Origin: Trichoplax adhaerens
Lineage: Eukaryota; Animalia; Placozoa
Direction: 5' to 3'
NCBI RefSeq assembly: GCF_000150275.1
Contig: NW_002060947.1
Span: forward strand, 2,283,740 to 2,347,739
DNA length: 64,000 nucleotides
A model generated the notes under the pieces. That model did no database searches, was not told the DNA's origin, and worked only from the letters and a program-made list of their open reading frames with translations. Shown in pieces: positions 41,076-54,514 of this stretch. A program made the translations under genes and the position numbers. The stretch's first letter is position 1; each line of letters opens with the position of its first letter.

Positions 41076-44000
41076 ATGGCATCGAAGGATACCTCATCAG
41101 ATCATGATGATCAAGAACGAAACGATTTAAATAAAGATCCTGATGCGGAAAGTGAGAATCTTCGCAGCGAAATAGTCGTTAAAGCTGAAGTGAATACAAT
41201 AAACAAGAGTGAAAAAGATTTTGAACGCTCGCAAGAAAATGTTATCCACCCATTGGACAACGATCAACAAATAGCATACAAAAAAGAATCAGACATTTTC
41301 CAGATCGACCTTACTACTCAAACACAACAAACTGACATGAATCAGTCAGAAAATGATAACGATGCTGATGATGTTGATGCTTTAACAAGTAACGGTGATG
41401 TGACTATTAATCAGTCAGATGATGAAGATGAGTATAAGTCACATTCTGGTGGAAGTAGCAATGATAATGATAATATTCTAATCGATAATGAGCCAAAAAC
41501 AGAAAGCATACCTGCAGATGTTCAATCATTAGTAAAAGACAGTAATCTTTCGCCTGGAGAATTGGATCCAGTTGGCGAAAGCTCTGCAGCTGGCGAGGCA
41601 GTAAAAAATGATCAAATTATCAAAGATGCAGATTCTGTTCAGCAACGAGAACTAAAAGAATTAGATCACTCAACGAAGAATGAAAATCTTGTTATCGGCG
41701 ATACAGTAAACCAAGACGAAACTACGAGTGTTAACATAATTTCAGAGGACTTAAATCAAGATACTTCAATTAATGCGACTGACGATAAACTTCCAGTGAC
41801 CACAAATAGCAACATATCCGCCAATGTAAGTTCTTCTTTGACTGATAAAAAAGTCATGGAAACAAATACTGCAGATAATGCCAATGATAGCAAAGATAGT
41901 AGGCAAATTGATAGACACGATCTAGAAAAGTTAGATCACCAAAGCGAAGGAACAAAGGAGATTGAACTCGACGCAGCTGTGACTAATGGTAAGTGAGGCT
42001 TGTTTGTTGGGTTGATGTCTTCATTATCTTGATTTCTTGAATTATTCTACTATAATTATGGTCTTTACAATACGTTATAGTTGTATGCTTTATCCAACCT
42101 GAAAATCAGCAAGTTGCAATTGGTGTACTCAGTACTTTTACGGCCGTTGCTGAGATTAAGAATGCTGTTGAAATAAAGACAAAGATTGATTCTAACCGCA
42201 TGACCTTTTTTATTCAAGGTTTCATTTCTTAACTACACACGCGATGATAATCATGCCGGAATACTTGTGCTTTATATACTAAAACACCTTTAATTTATAG
42301 ATGTATCCTATACTGATGATGTCAAGCTTTGTGATATGAATGTTACTATTGGCAATGCGTTACATTGTGACATACGCATAGACTATGTACCAACTAGAGC
42401 TCTAGAGTTTGTTATGCCTGACGTGTTAGAAGTAAAAATTAAAAATGGTAATCTGCCTTAGATATTTACTAATATTGATAACTATAGCAATAGATTCTTG
42501 TTCATTTTAAAGGTTATTGCTCATAATAATTTTGTAAATAGATGACGTCGATGACGTTGCTGTGAAAGTTCATATCCAGAAGTGCGCAAACTGTAAACCT
42601 TACCTGGGTGGATACAGAAGCCGTAAAACTGGTAAAGAATACCATCATGCTTCCATGCAAACGCGCCCTAAGCCTATTAAAGACAATGGGGTAAAATAAA
42701 GTTTTGTTACCGTTTAGCATTGCGCTAGTTTGGCTTGAAACTAAAATGATCTTCAAATAATTAGATTGTCAAGTACCATAGAGAAACCCAAACCGTAAAA
42801 TCAAAAAACAAGTTTCAGCAGTCTACTAACGATACTGCGACACAAATGGTAAAATAGAATCTTTGCTTTGTTTATACTACTCGATTGAGTTTGATTGTAT
42901 ATAGCAGATTTCAATAGTCACTTTGATTGTTAGTAGGACACTTTATGAACCCGTCAATTTGATCATCATAGTAGACCATTTCTGTTCTTGCCTAATTTTC
43001 AACTATTTTGATAGACTACTGGTGGAACATATGTGGCAAATCTAACCGACAAATTAATTGCCCCTGGTAAATATTTAGAGGCAGATGTTTATCTTGAGAA
43101 TAGATTACGCAAGGTAACCTTTGATCGTTATCAATACAATTACTTGAATACTAGGTAGGGTGCTTTACTGATTGATAGTATATCCTTATATTTTAGATAA
43201 TTACCTTACAATCATATATAAGGAGGTGGTTAGCCAAAAACTACGTCAACATGATTCGAGCTCAAAGAGATACAAGGTTGGAATGGGAAAGGCAAGAAAT
43301 TGAGAGAAAGAAATCAGAAAAGGAGGAAAGAATTCAACGAGAGTTACAACGTCGCACTAATCCGCGCACGAAGGAAGATTTTGATCTTTTATACTGTGCT
43401 CTTGAGAGTAAGTTTGCAATGTCTTGTGTATACAATTTACTTTAAGTTTGAAAACAAGCTCATATATTTTCAAAGTGAAAAGTAGTCATGCGTTATCAAT
43501 TTCATAAGTGATATTAATAACAAATTAACAATAGAATGGCGTCAGGAGGAAATGTCTATAATTAACAAGAACAAAACTGGAGCTCAACGTAAGGCAGCTT
43601 TGGCTGCCTTGCTAGAACAAGAAACTCATCTAATAGCTTCTATTGATCAGCATAAAATTATTGCTGAACAAAACAATAGAGAGAGAAATACTCGTAAATT
43701 CTTAGATAAGGTAGAAAATGTACTATTGAGAAAGATCAATGAGGATTATCTTAATATTATTTAATTGACATGCGATTCATGTTAGGCTGCCGATGCTAAA
43801 AGGTGGATATCAGTTGATGGTAAGGTAACGGAAATGGATACGGCTTATACCATTCGAGCCAAGCAATTGCGGGACTTATATACTAGTATTGTCATGAAAT
43901 ACTTAACACAAGAAGAACGACTTGATGTTTTAATGACTTTAAAGCATACAGTTAAGGTTAGGCTAATTATTAATGTGAAAAAGCTATTTTTTATCATTGG

Positions 44001-45422
44001 AATAATACGAGTTAACGCGATTAGGAACATGATTGCAAACTAACACGAGAGATCGTAGAGCTAACAGATCGTGAAGCGGATTTATTGACACGCGGAGTAA
44101 AAGAAGAAAATTTAGAAGGTAAAGATACGAGAATTACTGCACAACACTTTTAGCTTGAGAATTTTATTTTTTTAAAAGTTAATAAATCTTGGATTTCACG
44201 ATCCGAAGATAGGACGATTTGTTGAAGTACTAGATTCTTATTGGATAGCATTTATCTTATTTAGTGTTATTAAATTACATAGGTCTACGAAAGCGCATTT
44301 GTACTTTGTTTCTGGAATATGTTAAAAATCCAGAGTTTAATCCTGAAGCTGCTAGGCTATTGAAAGTGCCTACAGATTCAGCGCTTCTTCCGAATAGTAT
44401 TGCCTTCTGTCCTAGTTGCAATCAGTATAAGCCGTCGACAGAATTTGTACTGACAAGTAATTCAAGGTTAGTTGAGTTGTTCCTTAACAATTAGATTTCG
44501 AAATTAATAAGGTCACATGATAAATTAATTACATTAGGTATTGTAGTTAATATCTTGCTTGAAGAATAATTATACTTGCTACAGATCAGTTGGAAAATGC
44601 CGAAGCTGTCAGAAATTAGATAATGATGCTAGGATGAGGCAGGATTTGTCTCTGTATCGTAAAATGCTACGGAAGATTCGTCAAATAGAGGAAGTATCTG
44701 ATCCTCTTGCCCGTATTGTTTTCCTGTTACAAGTAAGATACTATTGCTTTAATTGGCTATCACGATGCATTTGTCTGATAACCCATAGTACATGGCAAGA
44801 TACATTATATCATATTATAATTACCGAATAGGAATCGGATTTACGTTATTTGGTAGAGAATATATGGAATTCAAAAAGTGCTCTCAGTTCGGAGTCGGAT
44901 CTATATGACATGATCTTAACTCGATGGGATAAACAACAGGAATGGTCTCCATGGAACTGCATATTATTATCATATGATGAAGCTGAAGCACATTTGAAGC
45001 TGGATTCTATCAGTGAGGTAAATCAGATTTTATTAGTAATGAAACTTTACAAATCTTTTATTCGTAACTGCATAAAAATGCTTTAGACATTTTAACACCT
45101 TGGAAGGCTTTTAAAATATAACAAAAATTTGCTTCATTGAGTGCTTATAACTTTATTGATACGATTTTTTGTTTCTGAATTGATAATACAGTCTTACAGT
45201 GCCCCCTTTATACAAAAGATTCATTACAAGCATGTTTTGGCCCGTAATCATTTTTCAAATTTACCAAAAATGGCAAAATCTTTTAGTAAGAAAACAGTTT
45301 CTAAGCAGTCTTCCAGAATTGTTCCTAAAGCTTTACCAACTATTTACCCAAAGTCGAAAAAAGACAAAAGCATTTCAGAAAATACAACGTTAAGCGGTAG
45401 TAGCGAAGTCGATGTTAATTAA
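41076..45422 (+). CDS. IQUB: IQ and ubiquitin-like domain-containing protein (ciliary radial-spoke component), multi-exon
   Basis: Long acidic first exon 41076-41988; ubiquitin-like exons 42081-42218 and 42301-42447. [25 protein letters not shown]-like [33 protein letters not shown] and [17 protein letters not shown] match IQUB family motifs; stop at 45420-45422. Confidence 0.9.
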
Positions 45423-47354
45423 AATATACATAATACGAAAAAACTAATGAAAAGCTATACTCGCATATATTTTAGTCTCAATTTAAGCCTTGATTGCTTA
45501 TAATTGTGAAATAATAATTTAAATCAAAAGCTTAAGTTAACCAAGGCAGTATGTCAATGTTCGTACAATCGATACCGAAGTATGTACCACTACAGTACAA
45601 TTATATCCTTTTATTTGGGATTGCTTCGAAAAATTGTATGACGTAAACTCCTACACGAACTTGTGTTGGAGGAAATCACTGAAATTATTGTGTATAATTT
45701 GTTGTTAAGCTAAAAGAATCATTGACATGACTAAGGTGAAACTGTATGTATATATATATATATAAAGGCAAAGTCTTCTTTTTAGATCAGCTATTGAACT
45801 ATTTTGTTTAAACATTTTACATATGTACGTATTATGGACATTGGGTTTATACGTACACTTTTAAGAAATGGATAAAGTCAATACACCCTTATATTATAAC
45901 TAGACTTGCCTTGTCTTTAATGACACTTTATGTTTGAGTAGTCCTATTGTGAGAAATGATAGCGCGAGTTGCTAAATTTGATAAGTGCTCACTGATAGCG
46001 TTTAACATCAATAAAAGTTCAAACTAAGTGTTGCTAATTCTTCGGATATTGGACGCAAAATTTGCGTATGACTTACAGTTGTAATGTATTAAGCTGCATA
46101 ACAAGAGGGAAAAGATTTTCGGTGGATCTAACTTTAGTTAAGGTATCACACATAAATGCCGTAGTTACAAATTGATTTATTGAATTTTAAAATTTGCAAT
46201 ATACTGTATGATTAACTTGCAACTCTTAACCTTCTACAAGTCAGTCGCTGTATAACTGGAAGCATACCAATTGATCGTTGTTAGCTTAATCGAGATATCC
46301 TGAAATGAATATTGATGAGACGAAATTCGATACTATCGATAATATAACACTTATTGTATAAGTTGCGAATTTATTAGTAAAATCACAGTACGCAAACATA
46401 ATATTAAGCTTATAATAACGTCTTAAATCGTATTTAGAAAAATTAGGAATTTATTATAACGACCAAAAACCTATAGGATGCAGATTACTGGTCCGTTGTT
46501 AGCTATATTTCTCTATGTTCAAAATACTTTTACAATATAGAGTAATTATTGCTTAAAAAAGTATATCCATGTTTGATGCTTTATACCCTGACTGCTGGAT
46601 TATAATTCTAGACAGACGATAGTTGTCTGTAAACAGTAGTTTGGGTTTCACATACGAGTATTTCTTAGTCATACTGTAGTTAGTGAAAAAATATAAGCGA
46701 TAATAAATAAATTTAATATATAGTGCTAAGATGGCATCAGAAATGCATAATAATTAATAATTGATTATTTTTGCGAAGACGAATTACTTGGAAAAGCTTA
46801 GTTTATGAATATAACGACCCACTAAAATGGTCGTTGTGTTGCTTTCGCACAAATAGTACCAATTCAGGTAGAATTGCTACGGCGATACCGCAGATCACAA
46901 ATAGCTCATTTATAAAACTAGATCATAATTTAATACAGAAATTTAGATCCGTTTCGCGGCTAAGATCTTCATTGTAACAGATACTTAAAGAAAATTCCGT
47001 TTTAAATCTACAAGTGAAACAGGTAAAATTTCTTAGTGTACTGGTACAGGCTGTAGTTACGAACCGTAAGGTATATGTATGTAAGACTGTTGTGCTGGTC
47101 TCAGCGATATGAAAGTCGAATATGAGAAATAAATAAAAAAATTTTATGCCATATTTCCTGCAAAGACTTCAATTAAACAGTAGGTAAAGCAGCGGTGGTC
47201 AAATGTTATGTGCAGAAATAGGTAGTAGCACTTGTTGTTCCTATATTTGTTGAAGTTGTTAGCGAAAAATCCACGTATAACTATTACAGTACTAGAGCTG
47301 AAAGCATAGTTAAATATAGCGAGCCAAGCAATTAAACAACTGCAAAATTCTTCG

Positions 47355-50300
47355 TCAAACGCGCGTTTCAAAAAGTGCCTACGGTAGAAGCGAATACGTC
47401 ATACAAGCGTAAGCATATTATACTGTGCATAGCGTGCCGTTCTACCAAGGAAAGCTATTACAATGCTATAAACTCAACTGTACTACATATTGCTTTGACA
47501 TCTACTCTGACTTATTTTCATGTTTAATTTACAACACTTTATAACCAAATTTACCACACGTGATATACCTACCGGAAGATCAGTTCCTCTGTTTTCAATT
47601 TCTAATTCGTGTTTTCTTTGCAACTGTTAATAAAATTGCGAAAAGTAACCCTTAAAGTATTCAGCAGTGGCGGGTAAATAATGTAATCGTTATTGTAACG
47701 ATATATCAGAATTACCACTTTAACGTTATATTCATCAACCGCGTAGACAGCAGCATCGTGCAGAGTAACAAACAGGCTATTTTTACCACACTTTGCAACG
47801 AATCCGCCGTTTTCAAGCATCTTACGAACGTGCCCTATAGACATATTACATCTAAAAGTTATCTGATGGCAACGCACGTAATCTGCTATTAAAATATTAG
47901 GAAGAACTCTTCCAAGGACATTCGTACTTACATTTACATCCCGCTAGCAAAAATTTTATATCTTCAACTTTATACTCTAGAGCGATCTTAATATTAAAGA
48001 TGACTTATGTAGAGATATAATACGAACAAAACCTTTAATTCTGAGACAGTATTGCATTTTCATACCTGGCTAAGTGTAGAGACAGCTACGGAATCAATGT
48101 AATTGAAGGTGCTGCAATCAACTATGACAGTATGTATCGGATAGGCATTCGGATCAATATTAGAACTGTCGCTTATAGTAATTCCAGTATCTTCTGCTCC
48201 AAAATATGAATTATTTGCCGTATCCATATTACTATGCTGCAAATATTCTAAATTCTGTGTGATACAGCGTCGAAGCAGACTCAGTTTCAGCGTAGCTGAC
48301 ATTTAATAAATGTAAGGTCATAAGGTAAAGCGAATGGTTTTCTTACCCCAGAAGTTACAATACGATTTCGAAGATCGTACTGCAATTCCATTGCCGTTCT
48401 ATCTGTAGGGCAAAGTCCAGTTATCTCATAAAGAGTGTATTTAAAGTGTTCCGTATTAGCAAAATACAAGGACGACTCGAAACGAAACATCTTGACTCCT
48501 GGTACCTCCTCAACCTAGTAATTAAGAAATTATATGAATATTTTATTTCGCAAAATGGACGTTATTGGTAAGGTTTTTGGCAATGCTTGCTAAAGGCGTA
48601 TCTTATCGGCGAAAAGCACGGAAAGAACTTTGAGTATAATATTACCCCTTCACTTACCGCAGCATATTTTTTAATATCTCTGTAAAGGTCGGTATTTGGT
48701 ATTCGGCCAAGCAGGCAGTAATATGGTCTAAGTATATATAATTAATTTAGCTAAATAAGTACATATACTTACATTTCGAGATAAAGTAGGAATTGTCTTT
48801 ACCTTGACGTTCTAAAGATAACAGTCAGAAGGGCAATAGCAACGCCAATTAATAAACCGATATCAACTCCCAGTAGAAAAACGCTGCCGAATGTTACCAT
48901 CCATATGATCTTACCATTGTATACAAAACAGGAAAGAATAATAAATTTTCCATTACTTAGGACTAAATTTTTATAATAACTTACAGCATCTATAACAGAA
49001 ATTCGCCAAAGTTGAAAGAAGTGGGTAACTTGCATTAGCAGTCCTTTCAACGCCACCAAAACAATAGAGCCCAAAATAGTATGTGGTAAAAATTGAAATG
49101 CGGGAGCAATGAGGAGTAACACGATCAATACGATAAAGCACGACACCAAGCTGGCAACCTGGATATTAAATTTAGAAAAATGCTATAGGATATACTGTAT
49201 AAAGTGTTAATGTAGAAGCTCATGATATTTACCTGAGTTTTACCACCCAAGTTATCCTGTACAGCAGAACGCGATAACGAACCACTAGCAACAAAGCAAG
49301 AAAAAAAAGAACCAAAGATATTCGATAACCCATACGCAATCAGTTCCTAGTATTATGAAATAGAAATATAAAGAAACTGATTAATTTTCTAACACTATTG
49401 TGTTTAACGATTATTTTGAAGGGAAATTATTACTTTCAATAGTAAATGGAGGCAATAGTAGTTGAATTGATTTAGTTAAAGTAAAAAAATAATTAAATTT
49501 ATCAATGAAACTAGATAACTAACATTCTAAAATTGGATGAAATTATGGTCTACCTGGTTAGAATCGGTAGGGTAGCCATGCTTCTTTTGAAACACTTTAA
49601 CCAACGAAATTGAAACTGCAAACGACACTACAGAAATCGTGATTGCATCACGAAACATTGTACCCATTAATTCAAACGGTGGAGCAGATGGAGGGGGTAA
49701 TCTATGACGCCAATTTTTTGATTTACGTTACAAATTTAATATTGAAAATCGGATTTCATAGCAACTTGATATACATATGTAATTTTCTATTACAATTTTT
49801 GTGGTAACAAGCATTTGCAATAATTTTAATTAAAAGTAACAATCCAAACACCACCAAAATTCGGGCAGAAAAAGCTCCTATATTTTTATGCTAGAATGTA
49901 GTATTGTGCAGCAGTATAGTTTTACCCGGTTGGTATATTTCCGATAATTTTGATATTATGAGGTTTATCGCCTAATTTACCAAGATAAGACGCTAGTGTG
50001 CCAGCAATTACCTATGGTATAGCAACAGTTTCGTATACGTTAAAATATGTAGAGTATTATAAGTTCAACGCCATGACCAGTAGTATTGCGCCTGAAATAA
50101 TTATCGCTATCTTTTCACGAAAAGTTATGTAAGATTCCGATTGAAGTCGCTAAATCGCACTTACGACGAGAAGTTCCGCTGGTATTGGAAACGGTAATTT
50201 ATTTTTATATTTTTCGTTTAATTTTTTCATTACAAGTAGACTTATGATGCATAGAATTCCCATAACCAAGGAAATCCAGTTCGTCCGACTGATGTTTGCG

Positions 50301-52834
50301 AACAAGTAGTAATAGGTCTAAAATGCAAGTCGTTAACAATCTATCAGTCGTAATTACATAATACTTTGTGTTGTTTATAAAAAGCAGAAATAAAATTTTC
50401 CGTGCTATAAACCAAGAGATTATTGAGGCAATAGTTACCCTTGGTATAACGAATGCACCACTGTAGCGAGGCACAGAAATACCGAATACATGTTTAATTT
50501 GACTTGTAAAAACATGACAAGCCGCTCCACAAGTAAATCCACTTACCAAGGGATCTGATAAATAGATTGTGACGAAACCTAAACGTAGGAGTCCCATCAA
50601 TAACTAAAGGGTTATGTAGATCAATTAGTAAGGTTAAATGCAGTGCAATAAAGAGATATGCTTATGGTTCAATTATTTCAAGAAATTTTAATATCTCACC
50701 ATGATAACGCCTACAAGGAAAGTTAAAGCTACAGCTGCTCCTAATTTTTGTAAATCTTGTGGGTTGGTAGTAGTTACAAATGTGTTCGACGATGTTGCGA
50801 TAGTTACATTGTCAACGCCAGTAGCTGCAGCGATCGTGGATATTACAGTAGTTACATCAGAATCCTTGGTAGTCACTAAAGTGGTAGTGTTAAGAATATT
50901 TACAGTGGACGTAGGCGAGGTTAATGCAGCTTGATAAGCTTGTGAGTTGATCGAATTTTGGACGCCTTCAGCAACCAAGAGGGAAATTACAGCAAACGTT
51001 CCTATTTTATGAATGTATGGAAGTAAATAGTAGGTAAGATCTATTCCATACAGCCATTAATTATATAAGTAATTTATGGTAACTGTTGCATCGTTATGTG
51101 CTAATGTGAATAATAATACTGATCATAATATAATCAGGAGCATCAGATGTCGTAATGAAACAATTAGCATGAGTGTACAAATCAATTTGTGAAATATCTC
51201 TTAAAGAGTCATGTTATGTAATGAAATCACTGAAACACAGTAGAGAAACAAAATAGGCGATCAAGTAGAAACAATTGTACAATAGTACTTATATTATAAA
51301 TTAAATTTGTACTGAATACTCGTGAAGTCTGTAAGATAGGCTTGAAAGTACTTGTCAAACGCATATGGTAACTGATTGGCACATTTTATGTTATAGCTAT
51401 TTTACAGACTATTTCTAGAAAATTCATATTCACTTGCGGAAATGAGATATAGATCGTTTCAGAGGGTTATAAGGCTTACAGGCTTACAGTATAGAGCGTA
51501 AACGGATATATGGCTTTTTTATTATTTTTAAAGGGCTACTATTGCAGTATCCGTTTGACTGATTCCTTTTATACTAAGTGCATAAAATTAATACCATGGT
51601 CAACGCAAACAGATTACGAATATAAATTACGAATATAGATTAAGACTACTATTTTACCTATTGATATATGTCTAGATGTCCCGAATAAAGTATAAATTAT
51701 GACAGGAAAGAACGAGGTATAGAGTCCTGTGATCGGTTGGAGGGTAGTAAGCATTGCATATGCCAAACCTATAGACACAATACAATAACAAATATTTGAG
51801 ACTGTTATTCCAACGTAAATGCAGTACATTTCATTGCATGAATGACTAGTAGGAGGTGTATATTGCTCATATTTCATGAATGATTCAATTTATGTATTAC
51901 ATTGCTAGTTCGATATTCAAAGTCTATAGTTTAATTGATTTATTTCGACGTTAATAGTGTATGGTTAGTTTCGTGAGCTCGAGGAATGAATAGGTTCAAT
52001 TTGGTTACAAAGTATCTGACTTTAACAATAAGGTAGTTTAGTAGTTTGGTAATCCAATAATGAGAATAAAAATACTATCCGCAGTATTGCAAATATTGTA
52101 CTGTAATCCTAGTCGAGAATTTATAGATCCTGATTTCTTCTATCCAATCATGCAATGAACGAGTATTGTATAATGCTAAAGCATACATTACAGTATCGAG
52201 AATTACAATAAGTGGGACAACTGGTTAGAATGAATTAAACGTCCTATGATGAGAAAATCAGCGTACACCATCAATGCTATTGGTGATGTGATAAATTTAT
52301 CTTGACTGATATTCAATACGATTCACCTTGAGGGATTTGCATGATACCAACTGTTAAACCAGCGGCAATGTCGCCACCAAGATTTTGACGTCTGTCATAC
52401 TTTGGTAACCAACTTAGTATTGGGATAAAGGAAACGAGAAATTCCATACACGAACACTTGAAGCAGTTACGTAAACCTAATCTGTCTAATGAGGATTTAG
52501 CCCTAGGTGGACGTGGCTCAAATCCTTCATCGAATTGTGATTCTGTATAAACTGGTCGAACCACAGAAGTGGCAATATTAATTTCTTCTTCATCCTCATT
52601 GGGATTCTTGCGTCTCATTCTCCTATCAGTAAGATCAACCGACAACAGTTGATTTGGACTGCCGTTTCTTGTATTCTCATTCAAGAATGATTTAATAGGC
52701 AGTCCTTCTGGATGAGATAGGTAACAGCGAACTTTTTTGGTTCTCACTGTACGTTGTATCGCCTGATCGCTTGCTTCAGCTCCATTCTGGTTGGCATTAG
52801 CTACGCGTACGTTCTCATTGACTTTTTTCCTCAT
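47355..52834 (-). CDS. SLC26 family anion exchanger (prestin/pendrin/SLC26A6-like) with STAS domain, multi-exon
   Basis: [80 protein letters not shown]; [15 protein letters not shown] and [12 protein letters not shown]; [11 protein letters not shown]. Proposed last exon 47378-47355 (ALFETRV*). The start ATG (52834 or 52618) is uncertain. Confidence 0.92.
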
Positions 52835-53109
52835 TGCATGTAGACGATTTGATATTCTATTGGCTAACAATTAACTAGCATATGTTTCATTGATAAAGCC
52901 AACAAGACTTGATTGAATATGGTATTATCGGAAAAGAGAAGGCATATTGCTCCTTTCTGAATCAGGCTACCGCATTGCTACTACAGAACGTGTTATATAT
53001 ATACTGTATATGTTACCATGTACAGAACACGAATACCTCCTAATGGCACGAAATCATACCGATTTATGGTATACGATGACTCAAAGGTTGACGTTGGCAG
53101 GCCAGGCCA

Positions 53110-54285
53110 GGCCTGTACAGTATATTGTACCATTACTGTTATACAGTGTACAGTACACTGTACTGTAGTATTGTCATTATTGTGGATGATAGAGCATGAT
53201 ACTGTACTGTACACTGTACTGTAGTGCTTTATGGCTTTATTCTATATACGGTGTGTGTCAAAATATTTTGTCACTTTGAAAAGAATCAACCAGTGATCTT
53301 AATAAGCAAATACTGATTAATAGTCGTTACATTCCATAGCCTTTTTCAGAATCTCTCCATCAACCATTCTAATATATCATTCTATGATTCTGTTAAATGA
53401 GCACATTATCGTAAACCGTCAGTAAAGCGACGGGAGTTTGCACTAGTAATTATTAAGCTTTGAAGCTTTCTTGTATTGGACGGTCAGGTATACCTAGGGT
53501 GGATATCCAAATGCATGAGGCAACAATATAATATTCGGAGAGCTTGCTTGCTTACGCTGCTAGCTCAAGGTCTGATGCACAACGTAAATGTGCTAGAATA
53601 TTTTCATTTTGCAATAGATAGTCTATGTCAGGACGATCAATTTTACTTTGATACAATCCGAGTGTCCAGCTTTTGTAGTACTGTAGTGTGCTACTGATAT
53701 GAGATGCATTTTATACGTATACAGTAAAACTACTCAGCTCAGATTACAACAGTACATGGTACAAGACAGTGAACGAGAGTTGATAAAGTTGAAAGTTCAA
53801 TAGCAATAGTATCAATCCTGGTGTGTAATATCGTCACTATCATACACTACCGAAATTGGATGACCGATACGAAGATGCGACAAAGTTGAAAGTTCAGTTC
53901 TTATTTGTGAATCTGTCAAAAGCGCAATCATGCTAGTGCACTGCGCAGTACTGTAAGATCATGTGAAGTTCATGGACTTTGGCAGGCGCATTCCACAATA
54001 AATTTTGTACTGTACTGTTAATTAATTAAGAATTTTAATTTAAATTAACAGTACAGTACTGTACGTAGTGTACAGTACATACACTGTACAGTACTGTACT
54101 GTACTGTACAGTACACTACTGTAGGTTCAATTTTTTTGTACTGTACTGTACTGTACTGTACAGTACAGCAGACTGAGCAGAGTTTTGCTAAAGGATCACA
54201 CTGCAGACAACCTGCAAGAATACAGTCACATTGACCCGACGTCCTACAGTATCAAGTTACACATTGCACTGTACTGTACAGTATT
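53110..54285. repeat. TACTGTACAG satellite blocks at both ends of the divergent SLC26/SLC25A20 intergenic region
   Basis: Blocks at ~53110-53225 and ~54005-54285; the second contains a perfect 17-bp inverted repeat gtactgtactgttaatt..aattaacagtacagtac (54007-54059). Confidence 0.8.
53391..53448 (+). mobile_element. Helitron-like 3' terminus (hairpin + CTAG|T), copy 2
   Basis: tgttaaatgagcacattatcgtaaaccgtcagtaaagcgacgggagtttgcactagta; identical to the reverse complement of 11162-11219. Confidence 0.6.
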
Positions 54286-54514
54286 TCCACGCCGGCCACG
54301 CCCCACTGATGCCGTGCTTCAGCAACGAGGGTACTTAACCGGCTAAAGCTTAGGGTTACGTGCGACATTACAACACTTGTAGTGTATAGCAACTAAAAGT
54401 AGACTTTCTAAAGATTTGACCTAACTACTCGGTATCCAGCACTTACCAAAGTAATAATTTCCAGACATTGAGATCATTGCGTAGAAATTGAATGCTAATC
54501 TTTTTCTCTTAGAA

